Source: Eledone cirrhosa (Eukaryota). From it: a stretch of 64,000 bases of DNA. Made by a program: the position numbers and the translations under genes. Location of the stretch: the NCBI GenBank assembly GCA_964016885.1, contig OZ024744.1:118420001-118484000 (forward strand), read 5' to 3'. Under the pieces are notes generated by a model. It was not told where the DNA came from and did no database searches. It was given only the letters and a program-made list of their open reading frames with translations. Below are positions 42,399 to 55,000 of the stretch, one piece after another (position 1 is the stretch's first letter; the number at the start of each line of letters is the position of its first letter).

Positions 42399-44462
42399 GT
42401 TATTCAGGCCCATAACTTTGCTAAACACAGAGTTCAAGATTTTGGCCAAGGTGCTAGCAAAGAAGTTGGCGCTTGTCGTTGGTGGTCTGGTGGGAGAGGT
42501 GCAAACATGCGCTATTCCAGACAGATCCATCCACAACAACCTCCACCTCATGCGATACATCGTGGAGAGGGTAGCTAGGGAACCTGGCATGGGTGGTTCC
42601 TTGGTCAATTTAGATCAGTCGAAAGCTTTCGATAGGGTCTATCATCATTATCTGGCAGCAGTCCTAAGAGCGGCTGGCTTTGGGCCCGTCTTCAGAGGCT
42701 GGATTGCTGCCATGCACAGTGACATCTACTCTGTGGTGAGAGTGAACGGTCACCTTTCAGAACCAAAATCATGCGCTCTGACCCTCTTGTATGTATTAAC
42801 TCTCGAGCCATTACTGCACAAACTGGAGACATTGAGAGGGGTCCCACTCGAACTAGGATGCGGAAGATCCGTGTCAGCATATGCAGACGATGTCACCGTA
42901 GTGGTGTCGAACGCCAAACACATCGAGGCGATCGGCACTACACTAAGAGAATACGAAGCGGTGACAGGAGCAATGATCAACCAGGAAAAGTCAGTGGGCC
43001 TGCAGCTCGGCACCTGGAGAGGCAGGTCCATGCCGTCCAACAGCGTCGTTGGGCGCTTGACGGACGGACTGGTTAAATTGCTAGGGGTCTGGTTCGGTCC
43101 GAAGCTCCAGGTGACGAGCAGGGTGGCTTCTCTCACCCAGAAATGGGCAGAGAGGAAGCTATCCCTGAAAGGTCGAGCGGAGGTGGCAAATGCGTACATC
43201 GCGTCCGTCATTTTCTACCGCCTGACCATCGTACCTTGTCCTAAGCCTCGCCTGACTGCGCTGCTCTTTCGCTTTTTGTGAAAGGGACGCGCTCTGATGG
43301 TCAGGTAGTCCATCTGCTGTCAACACCCACTACGTGGAGGGCTGGGCATGCCGTGGCTGATGATGCGCAGACACGTGCTCAGGCTACGACATCTCCACCT
43401 CTTCCTCGACGGTGATCAGGTGTGGTCGTCGTTTGCTAGACGCGTCTTTCCCTAGCTTGTCTCCTTGACGGAGCTGCAGTCCTGGGTCAAGCGAAGACCG
43501 AGAGGGAGCGCTTGGAGACTAGAATGTCTTCAGGCGCTCACAGCCCTCGACCAGTCGGGCAATGTGATCGGTGGAAACTCGACCTTGGCATTCTATAGAG
43601 GATTAGTGGAGGGGAAGAGTGACGACGTACTTGGGAAAACTCTAGGCGTCGACGAAAATCAACTCGCCAATCTCTTCGGAAGAACTTTCGGGCCGGGGCC
43701 TATGGACAACTTCCAGAAATTCCTGGCCTGGCAGTGCTACCGGGGAGCTTTGCCAGTTCAGGATAAACTCTACAGGCATGGAAGTGCTGTCAGCCGGGCA
43801 TGTCCGAGATGTGCGCGGAGGGCGACGAAACCATCCTGCACGCACTCGTCCAGTGTCCGAGCATTGCTGACTTGTGGATTTATGTCGAACACCTGCTGTC
43901 ACGTGTAGGACGGATCCAGCTATCAGCTGAGTCCACCGTGAGGATTGTCCCGCCCTCTTCCTTTAGCCGGGAAGGGCAGGCAGTTTTTATCTGTCTGGTG
44001 GCCATGGCGAAAGAGATAGTATGGTGGACACGTTTGAAAGGGCTGAAGACGAGCACTTACCTCTTCGGTGATGCCCTGATTAACTTTTTCAAATTACATT
44101 TGAAAAGGAAAATCAGGGTAGAGAGGGAAGTGCTCTCTTCTCAGCATTTTGTTCAAAGATGGGTGAGAGAGGAAAGAATGGCCCGAGTGAATGGGCCTAC
44201 TCTGAGTATGTGTCTGTAAATTGAAGGTGGAAAACTTGGAGAGGGGCACTTCCCCTAGTGGTTAGGGTCACCGTGGCTTTTTTTTAATGGGCTTTCTCCA
44301 CGATGGCCCTCGGAAGTCTCTCCCCTATTGGGGAATTTTTCATTGTTACATCCTCTGTTTTTTTTTTTTACACGCAGAAATGCCCATTTGTACCGTCCTG
44401 TTTTGTCCTGTACTGTCCTTAATGTCTTACTTTGTGTAAACCCTGTGGTTAATAAAGAAAGC
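42399..44462 (+). mobile_element. L1/Tx1-clade LINE, 5'-truncated (RT, Cys-rich C-terminus, 3' UTR)
   Basis: RPITLLNTEFKILAK, LDQSKAFDRV, SAYADDV, CPRC..ETILHALVQC; ends at aataaag. Confidence 0.92.
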
Positions 44463-45431
44463 ATTATTATGGTTATCTATATATTAATTTCAACAATGTC
44501 AGTATTCCGTGTCATAATTCTCGATTATCATTGGTTCATAGGTTTCAAACGACTCCGCCCAACGACGCCAAACTTGAATTAATATGCATAATGCCAATGA
44601 GGGAGTGAGAGGGGAGAGTAAGAAACAGAGAGGCAAAGTGTTGGATACACTATGTATATGTGTCAGTGTAGAGACATGTGTGTGTGTGATGTGTGTGGAA
44701 ATAAGAAGGGAAGGAAAGCAATAACTATTAACATGTGTGCGTGTGTATGTACGTGTGCGTATGTTTATGTGTGTGTGCGTGCGTGCAGCGTTCCACAGAA
44801 AGTAAAAACTATCAACATGTGTGAGTGTGTGCGTGTGTGTAAGTGCACGGTTGCGTGTGTAAGGTTGTGTGCGTGTGCGCGTTTCCATGCATATATGTAT
44901 GTGTATGTGCGGCGTTCCACAATTGCCACGCAGTTTATCTGTCTGTGTGCCTGTCTGTCAGTCTAACATACACAGAGTTGTGAAGGGAGTAAATTAGATA
45001 AGCATGTTATCCATATCCATATTAATTTGGCATTTGTATAAACCATTTCAAGTAAATAGGGACCTTTCTTTACATTGACGGACATCTTTTATAATAATTA
45101 TCTATATCTATAGCTACATATAATATAAAAGATTTGAACTTCCATCATCCTTTTAAGAAACATGGAACAACCACGTCTATGAAATGATACACGTTTTACA
45201 GTCAGGCAGAAGATGAACCATCTCCTAAAGGTCACTATTCTAGGTGGCAGCACCTAGAATTGTTCATATACTATGCACAAACGGTACAACGAAGAATCTG
45301 GTATATCTGTAAGATTTTTTTTACTGTTTTTTTTTGTATCACACAGACACCACGGGCTCGCCTCATACTGTAAGCAGACAAACATCCAATACAGTCATTT
45401 TCTCTTTTACCTGTCTTCTCTTATCATCTGT

Positions 45432-45462
45432 TTACCCGGGCGAAGCTGGGTACATCAGCTAG
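45432..45462 (+). mobile_element. Helitron 3' terminus
   Basis: acccgggcgaagctgggt hairpin followed by ..CTAG|T. Confidence 0.55.
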
Positions 45463-45482
45463 TTATTATTATTTCTATTTTT

Positions 45483-46482
45483 AGGGAGGTGGATTGGTAG
45501 TACCGGTAGAGGGTCGGACGCCATGCTTTGCAACATAGAGTTACGGCCCTTTACGTTCTGAATTCAAATCCCGCCGAGGTTAACTTTGCCTTTCATCCTT
45601 ACGGGCTCGATAAAATAAAGTACCAGTAATGCACTGGGGTTGATTTAATCGACTTTCCCCTCCCCCAAAATTGCTGGCCTTGTGCCTATATAAGAAATCA
45701 TTATTATTTCTATTTTTATTATTATTATTAATTAGCAGCAATCGGCAGAGCGTCGGAGACCAATCTTTGTGGCATAGAGTTACGGCTCTTTATGTTCTGA
45801 TTTAAAATCCTGTTGCGGTTAGCTTTGCCTTTCATCCTTAGAGGGTCAATATAATAAAGTACCAGTAATACACTGGGTAGATTTAATCGACTTTCCCTTC
45901 CTGCAAAATTGTTGGCTTGTGCCAAAAGTAGAAACAATTATTATTAGTGTTATTAAATTTACCCCAGTACATTACTGGTACTTTATTTTATCAACCCCTT
46001 AAGGATGAAAGGTAAAGCTAACTTCAGCAGGATTTGAACTCAGAAAGTTGTGACTATATACCGCAAAGCATTTTGTTCGATGTTCTACCAATTAATGCCA
46101 ATCCACCACCTGACTGTGAATAAAATAATTGTTTCTACTTTAGGCACAAGGCCAGCTATTACCCAGTGTATTACTGATACTTTATTTTATCGACCCCGTA
46201 AGGATGAAAGGCAAAGTCAACCTCGGCGGGATTTGAACTCAGACCGTAAAGGGACGTAACTATGCTAGAAAGCATGGCGTCCAACCCTCTACCGATACTG
46301 CCAATAATTGTTTCTACTTTAGGCACAAGGCCAGCAATTACTCAGTGCATTACTGGTACTTTATTTTATTGACCCCGTAAGGATGAAAGGCAAAGTTAAC
46401 CTCGGCGCGATTTGAACTCAGACCGCAAAGGGACGTAACTATGCTGGAAAGCATGGCGTCCGACCCTCTACCGATACTGCCA
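45483..46482. mobile_element. Cluster of five tRNA-type SINEs (+45483-45705, +45730-45945, -45957-46110, -46125-46303, -46304-46482)
   Basis: Each has the B-box-like region and the ctttgcctttcatcct core. Confidence 0.85.
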
Positions 46483-47410
46483 CAATAATGATGATATTTT
46501 TAATACAGTGTTTTCGATTGTAGTATCAATTTCAACTCCTTGAAAGTCGTATCTATGTAACTGACAACTATCAATTTAACCTGAAATATAGTAAAATATT
46601 CGACAATTGTGTGTTGACATCTCGTTTATTTTTCTATCAACTATAAATAAAGTACGTCTGTCTAATTGTATTTAAGTGTACTTATGGTTTCATAGACACC
46701 TCGGCCTTGGTTTTCAAGGTATTTCTCACAACTCCTGGCACTTAAATCTTTCAACACACTACAGCTGGTTCACACACAAACACACACACACGTGTGTTTG
46801 TGTGTGTATATGTATGTATATGCGCATATGTGTATATGTGCATATGTATATGTATGTATGAATGTGGATCATCATTTCTGTCAAATTTTCCATGTTTGCA
46901 TGGGTTAGACAGGTCATCCATACATAGAGGCAACTCTGGCCATGTGTCACACCTTGCTCTGGTGACGTCTGCAAATTTGGCTGAGTATTTTACAACTGGA
47001 TGCCCTTCCTAACACCAAGTACGTTTACAGTGTGGAACTGGACGGCTCCGTTCTGAGGAGGGACAGGCCAGTTGGCTGCGCCAAACCAATCACACAACAT
47101 TACCACAGTTTGGGCCTAGTACTGGTTGGCACTGCTATGAGGGGTGACAGGTGCAGAACCACAGTTTGGAAGCCTGGTCTTGGATGGTACCACTTTGCAA
47201 AAGGACCAGTGATATCACTATGAGGAGGGACAGGCCAATTGGCTGCACTGAACCCTTCTCACAGCGACACCCCAGTTTCAGAGCTGGGCACTCTCTATGC
47301 GACAGACAATTCTCAATGTGAAACCGAAGCCTGGGATTGGATGGCGCCACTATGAGGAGGGACGGGCCAGCCATGCCTAACCCATCTCACAGTGGAACAA
47401 TAGCCTAGAT

Positions 47411-47632
47411 CAGTGCTTCTCAAACTATCTGATGTGGCAGACCGGCATTTTTTTCCAATGTGCCACGTACCGCTAATATTTTGTAGTAATATTAATTTAT
47501 ACCAGAAACGATATATATAATGAATATAATAAAAGTTGATTCCTTAGCATGGCCTGGACACTGGCCGCGTACCGGTAGCTGATGGCTTGCATACCGGCAC
47601 CGGTCCGCGGACCACCACTTTGAGTAGCCCAA
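47411..47632. mobile_element. hAT-type MITE
   Basis: TIR cagtgcttctcaaa..tttgagtagcccaa (degenerate); 8-bp TSD-like gcctagat / tactagat. Confidence 0.65.
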
Positions 47633-48533
47633 TACTAGATGGTGCCACTCTGAGGAAAGATAGGTGCACAGTATAGGAGGCTGGACGACAGAAGGAACAC
47701 AGTTTGAGGGACCCGGCACTGGAGAAGGGACAGGCCGAACCTCTCCTACAGTGGTACACCAGTTTCAGAGCTGGGCCCTCTCCACACAACAAACCATTCT
47801 CAATATGAAACCACATTTTGTGAGCCTGGGACTGTGTGGCACACTTATGAAGAGGGACATGCCAGTAGGTCACGCTGAACCCTACAGCAGCACCCCAGTT
47901 TCGGAACAAGCCCTTCACAAGATCACATTTTACTTCTGGATCCCCACATTGGATGACCGTGATGAAACTCTCGTGGACCTGTCATCGACCTTTTTTGCAG
48001 TGTGATGCTGGGCAGTGCCATTTTGATCCAAGTCTAATATTGAGTTGTCAGAGCCGATCTTTTGTTGAACGTTGTAGTGCCAGAGGACTCAGTCCTGTGT
48101 CATCCCCATTGTTGAGTTCCGTCCTTATTATTTCCTCCCACGTCTTCCTGAATCTCCATCTCTTGGTGCCTCCTGCAACTTTTAAAGCCCTACAACTCTT
48201 TAAGCAGCTAACATTCTTCATGCGGCACATCACGTGACCATACCAGTGTCGTCTTCTCTGTCGCACACAGCATTTGATCCTTCTTATACCCAGTTTCACT
48301 CTTAACATTCTGTTGCTCACATACACATCCATCTCACCATATATACTTTGTTTCTTTTCAGCCTCCGTATGTCCTTGGCATGCAGAGCCCATCTTTCACT
48401 ACAAGGTAGCATTACTGAGTGCACACAGGATAAGTGAGGGACCATTTGTAGTTAACAGCAGCAGCTTCTTGAACTTTTTCCAACCTGTTCTTACTCTTGT
48501 GACTGTGCTGATTTGGTCCCACAAATAGCAGAA

Positions 48534-50727
48534 GCCATTTCCCTGGTATCAGAGCTCTGTGTCCTCTACTGAGTAGGGCCATTTCCCTGGTATCAGAGCT
48601 CTGTGTCCTCTACTGAGTAGGGCCATTTCCCTGGTATCAGAGCTCTGTGTCCTCTACTGAGTAGGGCCATTTCCCTGGTAGCAGAGCTCTGTGTCCTCTA
48701 CTGAGTAGGGCCATTTCCCTGGTATCAGAGCCCTGTGTCTTCTACTGAGTAGGGTCATTTCCCTGGTAGCAGAGCTCTGTGTCCTCTACTGAGTAGGGCC
48801 ATTTCCCTGGTATCAGAGCTCTGTGTCCTCTACTGAGTAGGGTCATTTCCCTGGTATCAGAGCTCTGTGTCTTCTACTGAGTAGGGTCATTTCCCTGGTA
48901 GCAGAGCTCTGTGTCCTCTACTGAGTAGGGTCATTTCCCTGGTATCAGAGCTCTGTGTCTTCTACTGAGTAGGGTCATTTCCCTGGTAGCAGAGCTCTGT
49001 GTCCTCTACTGAGTAGGGCCATTTCCCTGGTATCAGAGCTCTGTGTCCTCTACTGAGTAGGGTCATTTCCCTGGTATCAGAGCTCTGTGTCTTCTACTGA
49101 GTAGGGTCATTTCCCTGGTAGCAGAGCTCTGTGTCCTCTACTGAGTAGGGCCATTTCCCTGGTATCAGAGCTCTGTGTCCTCTACTGAGTAGGGTCATTT
49201 CCCTGGTATCAGAGCTCTGTGTCCTCTACTGAGTAGGGTCATTTCCCTGGTATCAGAGCTCTGTGTCTTCTACTGAGTAGGGTCATTTCCCTGGTAGCAG
49301 AGCTCTGTGTCCTCTACTGAGTAGGGCCATTTCCCTGGTATCAGAGCTCTGTGTCCTCTACTGAGTAGGGTCATTTCCCTGGTATCAGAGCTCTGTGTCT
49401 TCTACTGAGTAGGGTCATTTCCCTGGTAGCAGAGCTCTGTGTCCTCTACTGAGTAGGGTCATTTCCCTGGTATCAGAGCTCTGTGTCTTCTACTGAGTAG
49501 GGTCATTTCCCTGGTAGCAGAGCTCTGTGTCCTCTACTGAGTAGGGCCATTTCCCTGGTATCAGAGCTCTGTGTCCTCTACTGAGTAGGGTCATTTCCCT
49601 GGTATCAGAGCTCTGTGTCTTCTACTGAGTAGGGTCATTTCCCTGGTAGCAGAGCTCTGTGTCCTCTACTGAGTAGGGCCATTTCCCTGGTATCAGAGCT
49701 CTGTGTCCTCTACTGAGTAGGGTCATTTCCCTGGTATCAGAGCTCTGTGTCTTCTACTGAGTAGGGTCATTTCCCTGGTAGCAGAGCTCTGTGTCCTCTA
49801 CTGAGTAGGGCCATTTCCCTGGTAGCAGAGCTCTGTGCCCTCTACTGAGTAGGGCCATTTCCCTGGTAGCAGAGCTCTGTGTCCTCTACTGAGTAGGGCC
49901 ATTTCCCTGGTATCAGAGCTCTGTGTCCTCTACTGAGTAGGGTCATTTCCCTGGTATCAGAGCTCTGTGTCCTCTACTGAGTAGGGTCATTTCCCTGGTA
50001 GCAGAGCTCTGTGTCCTCTACTGAGTAGGGTCATTTCCCTGGTATCAGAGCTCTGTGTCTTCTACTGAGTAGGGTCATTTCCCTGGTATCAGAGCTCTGT
50101 GTCTTCTACTGAGTAGGGTCATTTCCCTGGTAGCAGAGCTCTGTGTCTTCTACTGAGTAGGGCCATTTCCCTGGTATCAGAGCTCTGTGTCCTCTACTGA
50201 GTAGGGCCATTTCCCTGGTAGCAGAGCTCTGTGTCTTCTACTGAGTAGGGTCATTTCCCTGGTATCAGAGCTTTGTGTCCTCTACTGAGTAGGGCCATTT
50301 CCCTGGTATCAGAGCTCTGTGTCTTCTACTGAGTAGGGTCATTTCCCTGGTAGCAGAGCTCTGTGTCTTCTACTGAGTAGGGTCATTTCCCTGGTATCAG
50401 AGCTCTGTGTCCTCTACTGAGTAGGGTCATTTCCCTGGTAGCAGAGCTCTGTGTCCTCTACTGAGTAGGGCCATTTCCCTGGTATCAGAGCTCTGTGCCC
50501 TCTACTGAGTAGGGCCATTTCCCTGGTATCAGAGCTCTGTGCCCTCTACTGAGTAGGGTCATTTCCCTGGTAGCAGAGCTCTGTGTCCTCTACTGAGTAG
50601 GGTCATTTCCCTGCTAGCAGAGCTCTGTGTCCTCTACTGAGTAGGGTCATTTCCCTGGTATCAGAGCTCTGTGCCCTCTACTGAGTAGGGTCATTTCCCT
50701 GGTAGCAGAGCTCTGTGCCCTCTACTG
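48534..50727. repeat. 44-bp satellite, ~50 copies
   Basis: Unit gccatttccctggtatcagagctctgtgtcctctactgagtagg; three main variable positions. Confidence 0.97.
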
Positions 50728-51194
50728 CTCACAAGGGTTTTGGTCTTGGACAGGATGACTTTTGACCTTTTGTTTCCAAGTTGTGCCTCCATCTCTGAAT
50801 TTGTTTCTCTAACTCTGCCATAGACTTGGCTATGAAGGTAAGGTCATCGGCGTATAGTAATTCCCATGGGTAACCTCTGCTGGCATCCGGCTGTAGAAAC
50901 TAAGCCCAAATCAGTTCTGTATGAGCAAGATATGGTCACCTGATCTATCTTGGGTGAGTGATGCTGCCAATAAAAACCCACACACCTGTTGGTTTTCACT
51001 TCAATTTATTATAAATTTCTGGTTGGTGAGTTCAATAACCGGATGGTTGTTTATATATTGTCAAAGTTCTTTTGTCACATTCTGTGACCTCCTCAGTGAC
51101 TGGTTTATTTTGTCTCTCCTTTGTTCTGTACTATACAATCTTGTTTTTTGTGTTGTATTATATATATATATATATAAAATATATATATATACAA

Positions 51195-51378
51195 ATAATT
51201 GTTTCTACTTTTGGCACAAGGCCAGCAATTATCCCAGTGTATTACTGGTACTTGACCCCGTAACGATGAAAGGTAAAGTTAACCTTGGCGGGATTTGAAC
51301 TCAGACCATAAAGGACCATAATTCTTTGCTGCAAAGCATGGTGTCAGACCCTCTACAGATACTGCCAATCCACTGCCC
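51195..51378 (-). mobile_element. tRNA-type SINE
   Basis: Homologous to 19364-19552. Confidence 0.8.
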
Positions 51379-52000
51379 TGGGAAGGGTGGTATATATACA
51401 AATAATGAATCAAAACATATCAAATATGTTAGATTATTATGTTTCTCAATAAGTAAACTCAATAGATTTTATCTAGATTTTATCTATATAGATATATATA
51501 TATATAGAGAGAAAGAGCCATATATTGTACAAGAAACACAGTATATTGTATATATACCAAATATATATTCTATAGAAGAATATGTACTCAGCTTAAATCA
51601 TGAGAGAAACTTTTATAGTGCTATTTCATACCTTGAGAGTGGAGCTAAAAATCAATCTATGTAATCAATCATCAAAAAATAAATCAATATAATTTATCAT
51701 CAAAACCAAACTATACATTATAATTAAACCACATGAGACTCGGGTACACTTTCTTTCTCTCAACATATATAAATATATATCTTTTACATTTGATATATTA
51801 CAGCTCTAGATAAAGTTTATTGAGCTTACTTATTGAGAAAGACATAATTCTAACATATTTGATCTGTTTTGATTTATCTTTTGTACTTAATGGCTCCAAC
51901 CCTCTTGACTCGTTGAGTTCGGTGACTATAATCCCAGCTCCTATTTCTAGCAGGGTTAACGTCCACCTTGTGGATATCTATTAGTTTAAGTTTAATGTGA

Positions 52001-55000
52001 TTACGACCACTTTACAGTGCGTACTGGGTACTTTTTGTTGTGACACCTACATGACCACTTTAAAATGTGTACTGGGTACTGTTTGTTGTGACACCTACAA
52101 GACCACTTTACAATGTGGACTGCGTAATTTTTATTGTGACACCTACATGACCACTCAACAGTATGTACTGGGTACTTTTTGTTGTGATACCTACATGACC
52201 ACTTTACAGTGTGTACTGGGTACTTTTTCTTGTGACAACAACATGAGCACTTTGCAGTGTGTAGTGGGTACTTTTTGCTGTGACACCAACATGACCACTC
52301 TACAGTGTGTACTGGGTAGTTTTGTGGTGATACCTACATGACCACTTTACAGTGTGTACTGGGTACTTTTTGCATGACACCTACAAGACCACTTTACAGT
52401 GTGTACTGGGTACTTATTGTTGTGACACCTACATGAATACTTTACAGTGTGTACTGGGTACTTGTTGTTGTGACACCTACATGACCACTCTACAGAGTGT
52501 ACTGGGTAGTTTTGTGATGATACCTACATGACCACTTTACAGTGTATACTGGGTACTTTTGGTTGTGACACCCACATGACCACTTTACAGTGTGTACTGG
52601 GTAGTTTTGTGGTGATACCTCCAGGACCACTTTACAGTGTGTACTGGGTACTTTTTGTTGTGACACCCACATGACCACTTTACAGTGTGTACTGGGTAGT
52701 TTTGTGGTGATACCTCCAGGACCACTTTACAGTGTGTACTGGGTACTTTTTGTTCTGTCAACTACATGACCACTTTACAGTGTGCACTGGGTAATTTTTG
52801 TTGTGAAACCTACATGACTACTTTACAGTGTATGCTGGGTACGTTTGTTGTGACACCTACATGACCACTTTACAGTGAGTACTGGGTACTTTTTGTTGTG
52901 ACACCTACATAATCACTTTACAGTGTGGACTGGGTACTTTTTGTTGTGACACCTACATGACCACTTTACAGTGTGTCTTCGGTACATTTTGTAGTGACAC
53001 AAACATGACCACTTTACAGTGTGTACTGGGTTCTTTTTGTTGTGAGACCTACATGAGCACTTTACAGTGTATGCTTGGGTATGTTTTGTTGTAAAACCTA
53101 CATGACCACTTTACAGTGTGTACTGGGTAATTTTTGTTCTGATACCTACATGACCACTTTACAGTGTGTACTGGGTACTTTTTGTTGTGACACCTACATG
53201 ACCACTTTACAGTGTGTACTGGGTACTTTTTGTTGTGAGACTTACATGACCACTTTACAGTGTGTACTGGGTACTTTTTGTTGTGAAACCTACATGACAA
53301 CCTTACAGTGTGTACTGGGTATGTTTTGTTGTGAAACCTACATGACCACTTTACAGTGTATGCTGGGCACGTTTGTTGTGACAGCTACATGACCACTTTG
53401 CATTCTGTAGTGGGTACTTTTTGTTGTGACACCTACATGACCACTTTACGGTGTGTACTGGGTAATTTTTTTCATGACACCTACATGACCACTTTACAGT
53501 GTGTACTGGGTACTTCTTGTTGTGATACCTACATGACCACTTTACAGTGTGGACTGGGTACTTTTTGTTGTGACACCTACATGACCACTTTACAGTGTGT
53601 ACTGGGTACTTTTTGTTCTGATACCTACGTGACCACTTTGCAGTGTGTACTGGGTACTTTTTGTTGTGGCACCTACATGACCACTCTACAGTGTGTACTG
53701 GGAGTTGTGTGGTGATACATAGATGACCACATTACAGTGTGTACTAGGTACTTTTTGTTGTGACACCTACAAGACCACTTTACAGTGTGTACTGGATACT
53801 TTTTGTGGTGACACCTATATGACCACTTTACAGTGCGTACTGGGTACATGTTGTTGTGTCACCTATATGACCACTTTACAGTGTGTACTGGGTACTTTTT
53901 GTTGTGAAACCTACATGACCACTTTACAGTGTGTACTGGGTACCTTTTATTGTGAGACCTACATCACCACTCTACTGTGTGTACTGGGTACTATTTGTTG
54001 TGAGATTTACATCACCACTTTACAGTGTGTACTGGGTACTTTTTGTCATGACACCTACATGACCACTTTACAGTGTGTACTGCGTACTATTTGTTGTGAC
54101 ACCTACATCACCACTTTACAGTGTGTACTGGGTACTTTTTGTTGTGTCACATATATGATCACTTTACAGTGTGTACTGGGTACTTTTTGTTGTAACACCT
54201 ACATGAGCACTTTACAGTGTGTACTGGGTACTATTTGTTGTGACACCTACATGACTACTTTACAGTGTATACTGGGTACTTTTTGTCATGACACCAACAT
54301 GACGAATTTACAGTGTATGCTGGGTACGTTTCTTGAGACACCTACATGACCACTTTACAGTATGAACTGGGTACCTTTTGTTGTGACACCTGTATGACCA
54401 CTTTACAGTGTGTATTGGGTATATTTTATCGTGACACCTACATGACCACTTTACAGTGTGGAATGTGTACTTTTTGTTGTGTCACCTACATGACCACTTT
54501 ACAGTGAATACTGGGTACTTGTTGTTGTGTCACCTATATGACTACTTTACAGTGTGTACTGGGTACTATTTGTTGTGACACCTACATAACTACTTTAGAG
54601 TGTGTACTCGGTATTTTTGTTGTGACACAAACATAACCACATTACAGTGTGTACTGGGTACGTTTTGTTGTGAGACCTACATGACCACATTACAGTGTGA
54701 ACTGGGTATGTTTTGTTGTGAAACCTACTTGACCACTTTTCAGTGTGTACTGGGTATGATTGTTGTGACACCTACATGACTACTTTAGAGTTTGTACTAG
54801 GTTGGTTTTGTCATGACACCTACATGACCACTTTACAGTGCGTACTGGGTACTTGTTGTTGTGTCACCTATGTGACCACTTTAGAGTGTGTACTGGGTAC
54901 TATTTGTTGTGACACCTACATGACTACTTTACATTTGTACTCGATACTTTTTGTTGTGAAACAAACATGACCACTTTAGAGTGTGCACTGGGTACTTTTT

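Larger units (their letters stand above)
46868..50880 (-). mobile_element. Decayed RTE-clade LINE interrupted by a 44-bp satellite and a MITE
   Basis: PWELLYADDL (50830-50872), GWKKF (~48480), RRRHWYGHVM..RKTW (48130-48260), 3' UTR ctggatgcccttcctaacacc at ~46996. Confidence 0.8.

Noticed and set aside
48534-50727. CRISPR-like array
   Set aside because: Units are directly tandem with no unique spacers, there are no cas genes, and the context is eukaryotic.
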